This document shows positions 19,373 through 28,815 of a stretch of DNA of 64,000 nucleotides, one piece after another. Below the pieces are notes generated by a model. It did not search any database and was not told where the DNA came from. It saw nothing but the letters and a program-made list of their open reading frames with translations. Within the stretch, counting starts at the first letter, position 1. Every line of letters starts with the position of its first letter. The stretch covers positions 1 through 64,000 of the forward strand of contig JANNVX010000082.1 of the NCBI GenBank assembly GCA_031414595.1, read 5' to 3'. The stretch is from Deinococcales bacterium (GTDB lineage Bacteria; Deinococcota; Deinococci; Deinococcales; JAAFIG01). The position numbers and the translations under genes are program-made.

Positions 19373-21475
19373 ATGAAAACCTTCCTCCAACATGACCCTC
19401 GAGACTGCGGCATCGCTTGCCTCCGCTCAGTGCTTCACGCTCAGGGCAACCTCTCGAGTGTGGATTCTCTGCGCCAAATCGCAGCCACCACAACTTCGGG
19501 TACTTCTTTACTCGGTTTGCGTTCGGCTGCCCAACGCCTAGGCTTTGAAGCAAAAGCGCTAACGGCGGAACTGGGGGACATTGCCAGTCTCGAGTTACCC
19601 TGTATTTTGCATTGGGATAATAGCCATTACGTGCTGCTTTGGCGTGTCCATAAGGGCAAAGCCCTGATTGGCGACCCTGCGTTGGGCAAGAACATCTGGT
19701 GGAAACTCGAGGGTGTGAATAAGCACTGGACGGGTAAACTACTTTGGTTGCGTCCAAGTGCAAATTTTATTCGTGGTAATTTTTCGGGTAAACGCGGTTG
19801 GGCTGGGCTATTGGTGCATTTTGGGCAGTTTCGCGGGGCTGGTCAGGTACTGCTCGAGATTGCTTTAGGAACTTTTATTTTATCTATTCTTGGGTTAAGT
19901 GCGCCAATTCTTTCGCAAGTGCTGTTTGATCGTGTACTGACTTTCCGCGAGGAGCAGTTACTGCCGTATTTACTGGCGGGTATTTTTATTTTATCGGGTT
20001 TCCAAACGGCTTTTGGTTCGGTGCGTGGCTATATCAGCAGTCATCTCGCCATGCGTTTAGATTACCGTTTACACCTTGGCTACTGGGATCATTTACTGCG
20101 TTTGCCACTGCGTCAGCATGAAACCCGTTTGGTTGGCGATTTACTCCAACGCTTCTCGGATTTAACAATGGTGCGAAATGTTTTATCCAGCCTAATTGTG
20201 GGTTTGCCAAGTTCGGTATTTTCCTTAATTGTCAGTGTAATCCTGCTGATTACTTACAATCCGATGTTGGCTTTGGTGGCGAGCGTCAACATTCCATTGC
20301 AATTGGCATACCTTTTTATTCTCTCGCCAATGCTGCGTGAAAACTCGAGGCGCGGACTCAAAAAATCTGGCGAAGTGCAATCGTTTTTGATTGGTTCGCT
20401 CGAGGGCTTAAGTACAATCAAGGCTTGGCGAGCCGAAGATTGGGCATTAAATCGTGGACGGCAACAAATTTCGGATTCGATGCAAATCGCTTGGCAAGGC
20501 ATGATGCTCTCGACTTGGGGCGGCGTGGTTTTTAGTCTGCTCGGTAGCCTTGGCAATATGCTGGTGCTGTGGTACGGCGCGACGCAAGTGCTTAAACTCG
20601 AGCTAACCGTCGGGCAATTGGTGGCAGCCAGTGGCTTAATGGGCAATGCGCTGGGGGCGTTATCTGGCATTACCAGCGCGGTCATGGGTGTTCAAGAAGG
20701 AATCGTGGCTTCGGACAGATTAGCCGAACTGCTCGAGATTAAAACCGAGACCGATAAGGGCATTCGGGAATTACAACCGCTCGAGCAGGGTGTAGAAGTG
20801 CAGAACCTAAAATTTGGTTACTTACCAGAAATTCCGATTCTAAGAAGTGTTTCGTTTAGTTTACCAAAAGGTTCGTACACCGCTTTACTGGGGTCTAATG
20901 GGAGCGGTAAAAGTACGCTGGCAACCATTCTTGCCAGAATGCAGGACGTAACCGAAGGCAAAATTCTTTGGGATGGGATTGCTCTAACCGATGTTGCCAC
21001 AGGTGCGGCTCGAGAACGGGTTTTATATCTTCGTCAAGATGTGCCACTTTTTTATGCCACGCTGCGCGAAAACATTGCACTAGGCGCAGAACTTGAGGAC
21101 ATGCAGCTTTGGGCGGTGCTGGGTGCAGTTGGACTCGAGCAGATGGCACGGCGTTTACCAGAAGGGCTGGACACGGTACTTGGTGGCGAAAGCCTTTATA
21201 AATTGTCCTCAGGCGAACGGCAAATGCTGGGGCTAAGTCGGGCATTGTGTAGTCGTGCCGATTTGCTGATACTGGACGAACCAACCGCCACGCTAGACAT
21301 GGAACGTGAACGGCGGGTGGTACAGATTTTAACGCAACTGAAACACAGTAAAACGTTATTGGTAATTACCCACCGTCCAGCCTTGATTGAACCCGCCGAC
21401 CAAGTGCTGAGTTTAGAGGATGGGGTTGTGCGGATTCTCGAGAAAGCTGCTTTGGGAATCCAGGTGATGGCATGA
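19373..21475 (+). CDS. Peptidase-containing ABC transporter (C39 PCAT)
   Basis: QHDPRDCGIAC, HYV and GDPA C39 residues; transmembrane domain; GSNGSGKST and LILDE. Confidence 0.95.
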   Translation: MKTFLQHDPRDCGIACLRSVLHAQGNLSSVDSLRQIAATTTSGTSLLGLRSAAQRLGFEAKALTAELGDIASLELPCILHWDNSHYVLLWRVHKGKALIGDPALGKNIWWKLEGVNKHWTGKLLWLRPSANFIRGNFSGKRGWAGLLVHFGQFRGAGQVLLEIALGTFILSILGLSAPILSQVLFDRVLTFREEQLLPYLLAGIFILSGFQTAFGSVRGYISSHLAMRLDYRLHLGYWDHLLRLPLRQHETRLVGDLLQRFSDLTMVRNVLSSLIVGLPSSVFSLIVSVILLITYNPMLALVASVNIPLQLAYLFILSPMLRENSRRGLKKSGEVQSFLIGSLEGLSTIKAWRAEDWALNRGRQQISDSMQIAWQGMMLSTWGGVVFSLLGSLGNMLVLWYGATQVLKLELTVGQLVAASGLMGNALGALSGITSAVMGVQEGIVASDRLAELLEIKTETDKGIRELQPLEQGVEVQNLKFGYLPEIPILRSVSFSLPKGSYTALLGSNGSGKSTLATILARMQDVTEGKILWDGIALTDVATGAARERVLYLRQDVPLFYATLRENIALGAELEDMQLWAVLGAVGLEQMARRLPEGLDTVLGGESLYKLSSGERQMLGLSRALCSRADLLILDEPTATLDMERERRVVQILTQLKHSKTLLVITHRPALIEPADQVLSLEDGVVRILEKAALGIQVMA

Positions 21476-22455
21476 TTCAACCACTTCTAAAAAACAATCA
21501 TCTCGAGTGGGAGCAACCCTCGAGCCGCGTTGCTCACTCCACTTTTTGGGTACTGGCTTTGTTCGTGGTGGCTGCCGTTATTTGGGCTTCAATCACGCAA
21601 ATTCAACTTTACGGTTTGGTACTTGGGCAACTCGAACCAGAGAAAAAACTTAGTACCGTAGAAATGCCGTTTGCTGGGCGGGTTCTCGAGATTAAAGCGC
21701 AACTCTGGCGTGAAGTTAAAAAAGGCGATGTGCTGTTTATTATAGATGGTGTCGGCACAGATGCTGCCGAAAGCACCCTTAAACTTGAGCGCGGTAAAAA
21801 TCAACTTGCGGATGCCCTGAAAACCCTCGAGACAGCCCAGACCGATGCAGCCCAACAAGCGCGAAAACTCGAGTTGGTCAGGGCGGTTTATGAAGTTGGT
21901 GCGGCTTCACGAATGGAATTTAAGGAAGCACAAGAAAATGCGGCTCGAGCCAAGGTGATTCTCGAGCAAGCACAACTGCGGATTCAGGGCTTAAAGCTCG
22001 AGCAGGTGCAGCAAAAACGCTTGCTGCGCTTGATAGTTCGTGCGCCAATTTCTGGGACAGTGGCAAATTTAGGCGTGGAACAAACGGGAAAATTGGTAGG
22101 CGCGGGTAATCCGTTGGTAGATATTTTACCAAGTGGTGCAAAGTTATTACTGCGTGGTTATTTATCCGAATCTGACCGTCCCAAAGTCAAAGAAAATGCC
22201 AAAGCAGAAGTGGCTTGGAATGCTTATCCACGTCAAAAATATGGTGTTACCCATGGTGTGGTCAAAGCCATTTCGCCAACCAGCAGTGGTAAGTACGCCC
22301 TCGAGATTCGTTTTTCTAAACTTATCCTCGAGGGTCCGCTTGGGAATCGTCCCTTGCTGCCTGGTATGACCGCCGAAGCTCGAGTGATTGCTGCCACCAA
22401 ACCCGCCCTTGGCTTACTTTGGGATTGGCTACGTGGCGTTAGCCCATTGGATTAA
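21472..22455 (+). CDS. HlyD-family membrane fusion protein
   Basis: TM helix, VKKGDVL, coiled coil, RAPISGTV, YG..G.V..ISP, LLPGMT. Confidence 0.92.
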   Translation: MIQPLLKNNHLEWEQPSSRVAHSTFWVLALFVVAAVIWASITQIQLYGLVLGQLEPEKKLSTVEMPFAGRVLEIKAQLWREVKKGDVLFIIDGVGTDAAESTLKLERGKNQLADALKTLETAQTDAAQQARKLELVRAVYEVGAASRMEFKEAQENAARAKVILEQAQLRIQGLKLEQVQQKRLLRLIVRAPISGTVANLGVEQTGKLVGAGNPLVDILPSGAKLLLRGYLSESDRPKVKENAKAEVAWNAYPRQKYGVTHGVVKAISPTSSGKYALEIRFSKLILEGPLGNRPLLPGMTAEARVIAATKPALGLLWDWLRGVSPLD

Positions 22456-22463
22456 AGGAGTAT

Positions 22464-23729
22464 ATGGTTGCTCGAGTTCTTATTTTTATCTTATTCTCGT
22501 CAGTTGCCGAAGCGCAAACAATTGTTTCTAGAGCCGATTTAATGCGCCTTTCAGAACGTAGTGCTTCTGTTGAGGTGGCTCGTGCCAGAGTTCAATCCGC
22601 CGAGGCTCAGGCTGGGCAGGCTGGTTTTTCGGGTAGCGTATCTGGCTCGGCTGGCGTGGCTGGGGTTGCGCCAACTTCTGGGGAGACTGTTTTTTCCTAT
22701 CCGTGGAATATACAACTCAATTTGCGTTTTGCTGGGCTTTGGGGCGAGGCATCGGATGCTCGAGTGCAGACGGTGGTAAATCTCGAGCGGGCAAAACGTG
22801 CTTTGCTAACGGCACGAATTCGGGCGTTGGTTCAGGCAGTGAATCTGTGGCATGGCTTGCGGCGTGGTTTAGCCAGTCTCGAGGTGACGCAGTTTTCTTT
22901 GGCACTGGCAACCCTCGAGGATCAAGCGGCTGAAGTGCGGTTTGGAACTGGGGCAATTAGTTTGTCTGACCGCGAACGGGTGGGTTTATCTTTGGAAGTG
23001 GCTCGGGTTGAATTTGCCCAAGCTCAAATTGCGGTTTCTGGGGTACATTTGCAATTAGAAGTTTTGTTTGGTTTGCGGGATGTTGTGCCTAAAGATGATT
23101 GGCAGGTGTTACCTGAACCAGTCGGGTCTAATTTTGAAGCTCGAGAAGATGTATTTGAGGCTCAGTCCAATCTAAAATTAGCCGATTTGCAACGCGGTGC
23201 AGCCCAGCGTGATTTGTTACCGACGCTTAACTTGGAAACTTCTATTCGCGGCAGTGCGGGTTTGTTGTCACTCAGCACCAATCAGTTTTTGGCTTTAAGT
23301 GTGGCATATTCGTATCCTGTTGCCTTGCCAGTAGGTGTCTTGAGTAGTTTTAGTATTGGTTTGAATTTGAGTATTCCGATTCAACCTTTTGCGAATATAG
23401 CAGCCCAGACCCGTACTGTTGTGGCGGCACAGGGTTTACTCGAGACAACTTTGGCATTGGCAAGAGCCGAAGTGACCAATAAGCGTTCTGCTGTGGCTTT
23501 GGCTCGCTCAAACCTTGAATTGGCGGTGCGGACTGCCGAATTTCATGTTCGTCAGTTGGAGCGGATTAAAACTCGAGCCGTGGCTGGTTTAGTTAGTATT
23601 TTAGAGTTAAAACGAGCCGAATTAGAGGTACTTAAAAGTCAGCGTCAGATTAAAAATGCCCAAGCCGATTTGGATGCAAGTTTACTCGAGCTTGGTTCGG
23701 CACTGGCTTTTACAATGGGGGTTCAATGA
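22464..23729 (+). CDS. TolC-family outer membrane efflux protein
   Basis: Signal peptide; OEP-like repeats (RFGTGAIS, AGLVSILEL). Confidence 0.85.
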   Translation: MVARVLIFILFSSVAEAQTIVSRADLMRLSERSASVEVARARVQSAEAQAGQAGFSGSVSGSAGVAGVAPTSGETVFSYPWNIQLNLRFAGLWGEASDARVQTVVNLERAKRALLTARIRALVQAVNLWHGLRRGLASLEVTQFSLALATLEDQAAEVRFGTGAISLSDRERVGLSLEVARVEFAQAQIAVSGVHLQLEVLFGLRDVVPKDDWQVLPEPVGSNFEAREDVFEAQSNLKLADLQRGAAQRDLLPTLNLETSIRGSAGLLSLSTNQFLALSVAYSYPVALPVGVLSSFSIGLNLSIPIQPFANIAAQTRTVVAAQGLLETTLALARAEVTNKRSAVALARSNLELAVRTAEFHVRQLERIKTRAVAGLVSILELKRAELEVLKSQRQIKNAQADLDASLLELGSALAFTMGVQ

Positions 23730-24721
23730 TTCGTTTTTTAATCGTGCTGTTTTGTGTTTTCTCGAGTGTTGCCACGGCGCAAGTTCCAGAAAAATGGTTT
23801 GTAGCTGCTTTGGCGCGTTCGGATGGTTTTGCGATTGCCTTAAGCGAAGCGCAGAATGCTAAAATTCGTTTGCAGCGCTTAAAAACCGACCCGTTAGCCA
23901 CCAAACCGCTATTACTCGAGGCAAGTTCTGGGCTTGAATTGGCGGAGGCTCGAGTGATTACAGCACGGCTCGAGGTTAGGCGTGGTTTGAATCTGGATGT
24001 TTTTGCTTGGAATTCTGCATTGAACACGTTGCGTTTGGCTTCGGTACGGTTTGACTTTGCCGATGCCAGTGCCAAGGCAGCCGCAGCGCGGTTTAAGACT
24101 GGGGCAATTACCAGTGTTGAATTTAATCGTGCCGAAGCCGATGTTCGAGCCGCCCAAACCGAAGTCTCGAGCGCTCAAGCCGAATCACTAGCTGCTACTC
24201 AGGTCTTAAAAGACAGGCTTGGTTTTACGCCAGATACAAAAGTGCTTGGTGATGCAACTCCTCGTCCGACACGGCAAGTTCTGGAGCGCAATCTCGAGTT
24301 TAACGTGCGTGTTTTAGAAGCCAAGGGTATTTTAGCTCGAGCCAAATTGGATTTTGAAATTAAAGATAACGAATTTTCGGCACTTGTCGAAATCAATGAG
24401 GCTCGTCGGGTGGTATTGAATGCCGAACGCAACTTAGCCGAATTGCGCTATGCCACTAAATCGGCATTGACAACCCGATGGGAAGTGTATCAATCGGCGG
24501 TGGCAGCTTTAACGGCTCGAGAACGGGCGGTGAGTTTAGCAAGCGCAGAACTAAAAACGCAAATGCAGCGTTTAGAACAAGGTTTGGTCTCTAAATTGGT
24601 GGTTTTACAAGCCCGTGTAAGTGTAGCGCAGCAGCAAGTCAGTCTCGAGCAGAGCCAGCAGCGTTTTGCTTTGGCAGTTCTCGAGTTAGCTGTTCTGGTT
24701 AATTTGGATATTTGGCAATAA
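23726..24721 (+). CDS. TolC-family protein (second paralog)
   Basis: RFKTGAITSVE and RLEQGLVSKL OEP-like repeats. Confidence 0.8.
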   Translation: MIRFLIVLFCVFSSVATAQVPEKWFVAALARSDGFAIALSEAQNAKIRLQRLKTDPLATKPLLLEASSGLELAEARVITARLEVRRGLNLDVFAWNSALNTLRLASVRFDFADASAKAAAARFKTGAITSVEFNRAEADVRAAQTEVSSAQAESLAATQVLKDRLGFTPDTKVLGDATPRPTRQVLERNLEFNVRVLEAKGILARAKLDFEIKDNEFSALVEINEARRVVLNAERNLAELRYATKSALTTRWEVYQSAVAALTARERAVSLASAELKTQMQRLEQGLVSKLVVLQARVSVAQQQVSLEQSQQRFALAVLELAVLVNLDIWQ

Positions 24722-24723
24722 CC

Positions 24724-24758
24724 TTGTGACGCTTTTTGTGACGCTTGGCGTTTAGACT
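24724..24758 (+). promoter_or_regulatory. Direct-repeat operator plus -10 box of a leaderless promoter
   Basis: TTGTGACGCTT x2 (12-bp period), then TAGACT 7 nt before ATG 24766. Confidence 0.65.
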
Positions 24759-24765
24759 ACCAACC

Positions 24766-27507
24766 ATGAGACTTTATTTGCAGTGGCTGGCATTGGCAAC
24801 TTTAGCAATTTTGGTGGCGTGTGGTGGCGGCGCTCCAACCCCCAACCCAGCCGATTTACTAGTCACCCCCGATAAACTCGAGTACACAGTGCTACCAGAA
24901 ACCATGCAACTCTCAAGTGCGGTGGTGCAAAAAATCTCGAGTGTCAGTACCGTCAATGGCAACCTGACTTTTACAGGTAATCCAAGCGAACTGAGCAGTC
25001 TCGAGCAAGGCAGTGTCTTACTTGCGCCAAGCAGTCCACAAACCCCCAAGGGCTTATTGCGAATTGTAAAAAGTAAAAAACTCGAGAATGGCAATCTGGT
25101 TCTCGAAACCACAGTTGCTCCGATTCAACTGGCGTTTTCAAAAATGGATATTCAGATTTCTCGGCGAGTAGATGATGTTGGGGCAGCCAACGCCAGTTTA
25201 CAACCGCAATTTACCCAAACGATTCCATTTTCTCGCGGGTTACTGCTCGATTATGTGCCGTATAACGCCGACGACAATCTGGAGACCAAAAATGACCAGA
25301 TGGTGGTCAGTGGCGGGCTTGGCGTTGGCATGGTTTTTAAGTTCACCTTGTCATTTGATTGGGGTGGCAAAACGGGCATCATCAAAGAAGTTGCTAAGTG
25401 TATTGCCACAGGTGGTTTACTTTGCGATGTGGATAAACTCATTCCAGAACTCAAAACAGGACTCGAGTTTGATACTTTTGCCAAGGCGGGTTTTGGCATC
25501 GAAGGGGCAGCCAGTTTAGGGTTTGACACTGGCGAACGACCGATTTGCGAAGACAACAAAAAAACCTGCCCGCCGATTAGCCTTGGTACAATTCCAGTCG
25601 GTCCACTTGTTTTTGATGTCGGCTTGGATTTTACTGGGCAAATAGAAGGCGATGCCTCGAGCAACATTAAACTGGCGGCAGGCATGGAGCTTGGGGTTCG
25701 GGCTTCGGTAATGGCATCCACCAAAACTGGAATTGATTTTGTGCCACCGACACCCTACAAAAAGTTTACCCCACCAACGGTCAGTGCCAGTCTTAAAGGA
25801 CGCGCCAAAGTTCGGGTCGGTCCGCGTTTATCGGTTTTGCTGTACGGGGTGATTGGTCCGACAGTTGGCGCTCAGTTTACTGGTGAAGTCATAGCTGATG
25901 CTTCACAAACGCCGTGCTGGAAACTCAATCTTGGGGTTAGCGCTAGTGTCGGACTGCGTTTGCGGATTCCTTGGGAAAAAATTGGTTTTGAAGAAATTGC
26001 TGATACACTCGGGATTAACCTAGATTTATCCAAATCCAAGCAATTTGATTTAATCAACGAAACGGTTCTCTCAGGCACGTGTAGCGCTCCGCCGATAGAC
26101 AGCATTCCGCCCGGAGACAGCCCGTCCAGCCAAACACTTTTGAACCCAACCTTTGCACCATGGTCAAAGATGTTCAATGCTGCGAACTCGGAGTTTGCCA
26201 ATGGTTTTGATTTTAGTTACGAAGAAGGTCAGGTCTGGACTGGTTTTGCAAAAACCATTGATGGCTCGGACATCTTGCAATCCTCAGAGTCGCCCTACAC
26301 CATCAAAATTGCGCCAAAAGGCAACGTGCTTTGGAATAAAATGTTTCGCGGTGTAATTAACGCTTCGGGTTTTGACGAAGATTATTATTATCCGCCCAGT
26401 GCAGTCGTCTCGAGCAAGGACGGCAACCTTTTAATTGCCAGTTCGCCAAAAGGCAGAATTGTACTGTCGCAGCCACCTGTGCTAATTCGCGCTAATCAAG
26501 CTGGTGAGGTGATTGGTGCTAGACAATACTTGGTTCACCCAGAAGATAAAGCTGGTTACACTGGAACACGCAAAATGCTCGAGCTACCCGACGGAACGTT
26601 ATACATTCTGACCGATGCAACCGATGCGAGCGATAATGTCAATGTCGTGTTATTAAAACTAAAAGCCGATGGCAGTCTGATTTGGGCAAAAACCATAGAC
26701 ATTGGCTTAGATGATATGCCAACAACCTTTGAGCCTATGCCAGATGGCGGCGTGGTGCTGGCGGGCTATGATTGGCGCGAATTCCCAACGGGGAGCTTTA
26801 TCATTCGGCTTGGTGCAGATGGCAGCCAGACATGGGCAAAAAAAGCCGTTGGTTGTGGTTCTGGAAACGCCACCAACCTCGAGATTACCGCCAGTAATAA
26901 AACAGGGACAGGTGACCTACTCTTTGTTGGGACTGGTGATACTGCCCCATCAACTGGGGTTTTGATGCAAATTTCGCCGACTGGTACAGTAGTACAAAGT
27001 AAAAGTTATTCGACTGGCTCGAATGTTCGCAATGTTTGGTTTACGGGGATTCAACAATTAGCCACGACTGGTTTTATTGTCAGTGCGGTGCGTGAACGCG
27101 CCCTTAACCAAGATAGTCTTGGGCTGATTGGTTTAGACAGCCTTGGCGGGGTGCAATGGTCACGTTCTTTGAACATCAAATCCTTGGCTGGCGAAAACGA
27201 TGTTGTATCGGCTAAAACCAGTCTGCGCTTAACCACCGATGGCGGCATCATGACGCTTGGCAGTAGCGCTTTTCCAAACCCAAATGGCAACCGCATGGGT
27301 TTATGGGTTTCAAAAATCCCAGCCAAAAACGGTCAGATTAGCCTCAACTCGAATTTTGATAACGATTCAACACCCGTTATTGCCAGTAACTGCACCATCA
27401 GCCTCAGCAACATCACCCCGACCATCTCAAGCCGTACCGTACTAACTCGAGATATGATTGTCACAACCCAAAATTTTAGTTTACCAAGCACCGTCGCAAC
27501 GCCGTAA
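24766..27507 (+). CDS. Large lipoprotein with C-terminal beta-propeller-like repeats
   Basis: LVAC lipobox; repeated xDGxxxW(A/S)K blades in the C-terminal half. Confidence 0.75.
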   Translation: MRLYLQWLALATLAILVACGGGAPTPNPADLLVTPDKLEYTVLPETMQLSSAVVQKISSVSTVNGNLTFTGNPSELSSLEQGSVLLAPSSPQTPKGLLRIVKSKKLENGNLVLETTVAPIQLAFSKMDIQISRRVDDVGAANASLQPQFTQTIPFSRGLLLDYVPYNADDNLETKNDQMVVSGGLGVGMVFKFTLSFDWGGKTGIIKEVAKCIATGGLLCDVDKLIPELKTGLEFDTFAKAGFGIEGAASLGFDTGERPICEDNKKTCPPISLGTIPVGPLVFDVGLDFTGQIEGDASSNIKLAAGMELGVRASVMASTKTGIDFVPPTPYKKFTPPTVSASLKGRAKVRVGPRLSVLLYGVIGPTVGAQFTGEVIADASQTPCWKLNLGVSASVGLRLRIPWEKIGFEEIADTLGINLDLSKSKQFDLINETVLSGTCSAPPIDSIPPGDSPSSQTLLNPTFAPWSKMFNAANSEFANGFDFSYEEGQVWTGFAKTIDGSDILQSSESPYTIKIAPKGNVLWNKMFRGVINASGFDEDYYYPPSAVVSSKDGNLLIASSPKGRIVLSQPPVLIRANQAGEVIGARQYLVHPEDKAGYTGTRKMLELPDGTLYILTDATDASDNVNVVLLKLKADGSLIWAKTIDIGLDDMPTTFEPMPDGGVVLAGYDWREFPTGSFIIRLGADGSQTWAKKAVGCGSGNATNLEITASNKTGTGDLLFVGTGDTAPSTGVLMQISPTGTVVQSKSYSTGSNVRNVWFTGIQQLATTGFIVSAVRERALNQDSLGLIGLDSLGGVQWSRSLNIKSLAGENDVVSAKTSLRLTTDGGIMTLGSSAFPNPNGNRMGLWVSKIPAKNGQISLNSNFDNDSTPVIASNCTISLSNITPTISSRTVLTRDMIVTTQNFSLPSTVATP

Positions 27508-27516
27508 GGAGTATTT

Positions 27517-28134
27517 ATGAAATTTTCTCGAGTTCTGATTGGAATAGGCTGTGCAGCACTTTTGGGCGTGGCATTGGCACAGGGTATTAAGCAAATTTCG
27601 GTAGCCTTAGCCGACAAAACCCTGAAATTGAATAGTGTTGTGGTCAAGGGCGAAACGTATGTGTCCTTAAAGCAACTCAAAGCCGCCTTTCCAGTTGTGG
27701 CTGGAGGTGCAAACCAAACGGCTGGCACGACAGGTTGTGTCAACCAAATGCTGTTTAACGGCGCTTGGCGTTTTCGGGTACAAAAAGTCTTTTACAGTCT
27801 CGAGGAACGCACTTGGTTTATCACGGTAGAACTACGCAATGCCATGACCAAAACGGCTCGAGCCGACTGGAGTGGTTCAGACCGCAATGGCAGTAACATC
27901 AGTTTAATTTTGGCTTCTGGTAAATCCTTAAAACTAAACAACAATGTCTTTGATTTGGTCTTGACCGACCTTGCCCCCGGTGCAAGTGTCATCGCCAGCC
28001 TCGAGTTCAAAGCCGAAACCGATACCGATAAAGCCACAAAGTTTTTATGGGCAATGGGTGCTGAGTTTAACGGCGATAAAGCACCACTGGCTAAAGACGC
28101 AGCCTTTCGGATAGATTTGGGTTGCACAAAATAA
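27517..28134 (+). CDS. Secreted hypothetical protein (paralog A)
   Basis: Signal peptide ALA-Q; long identical blocks with the next gene. Confidence 0.8.
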   Translation: MKFSRVLIGIGCAALLGVALAQGIKQISVALADKTLKLNSVVVKGETYVSLKQLKAAFPVVAGGANQTAGTTGCVNQMLFNGAWRFRVQKVFYSLEERTWFITVELRNAMTKTARADWSGSDRNGSNISLILASGKSLKLNNNVFDLVLTDLAPGASVIASLEFKAETDTDKATKFLWAMGAEFNGDKAPLAKDAAFRIDLGCTK

Positions 28135-28143
28135 AGGAGTTTT

Positions 28144-28770
28144 ATGAAAGTAGCTCGAGTTATTCTTAGTGTTGGTATGGTTGCAATTCTTGGTTTTGCC
28201 TTGGCGCAAGCCGTGAAGCAAGTCCGTGTTTCGTTGGCTGGGAAATCCCTAAAACTAGACAGTGTGGTGGTGGGCGGCAAAACCTATGTTTCGCTGGCAC
28301 AACTCCAAAAAGCCTTACCCAACCCAGTTGGTGGTGCAAATCAGGCGGCGGGTAGTACAGGTTGTATCAATCAAATGCTCTTTAATGGCGCTTGGCGTTT
28401 TCGGGTGCAGAAAGTCTTTTATAGTGTTGAAGAACGCACTTGGTTTATTACGGTCGAGCTTCGCAATGCCATGAATCAATCAGCGATGGTCTTTAACAAT
28501 GGCTCGGAAGGTTTAGGTGATGATGTTACCCTGAGCATGGCTTCTGGCAACACTTTGAATATCACGAGTGTCAACGCGACTCAAGATAAAATTTTCTTAA
28601 AAAACCTCGCACCCGGGGCTGGGGTGGTCACAAATTTCGAGTTTAGCGCTGACACCGACACCGATAAACCCACCAAATTCTTATGGGCAATGTCGGCTGC
28701 TAATAATTCCAACAAAGCACCGCTTTCTAAAGAACCAGCCTTTCGCGTGGATTTAACTTGCACAAAATAA
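28144..28770 (+). CDS. Secreted hypothetical protein (paralog B)
   Basis: Shares NQMLFNGAWRFRVQKVFYS, WFITVELRNAM, KFLWAM and C-terminal CTK with paralog A. Confidence 0.8.
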   Translation: MKVARVILSVGMVAILGFALAQAVKQVRVSLAGKSLKLDSVVVGGKTYVSLAQLQKALPNPVGGANQAAGSTGCINQMLFNGAWRFRVQKVFYSVEERTWFITVELRNAMNQSAMVFNNGSEGLGDDVTLSMASGNTLNITSVNATQDKIFLKNLAPGAGVVTNFEFSADTDTDKPTKFLWAMSAANNSNKAPLSKEPAFRVDLTCTK

Positions 28771-28815
28771 GATTCTTGGTAGCTGTATTTCATCTGTAGC
28801 CGTTAGAATCAGGGC

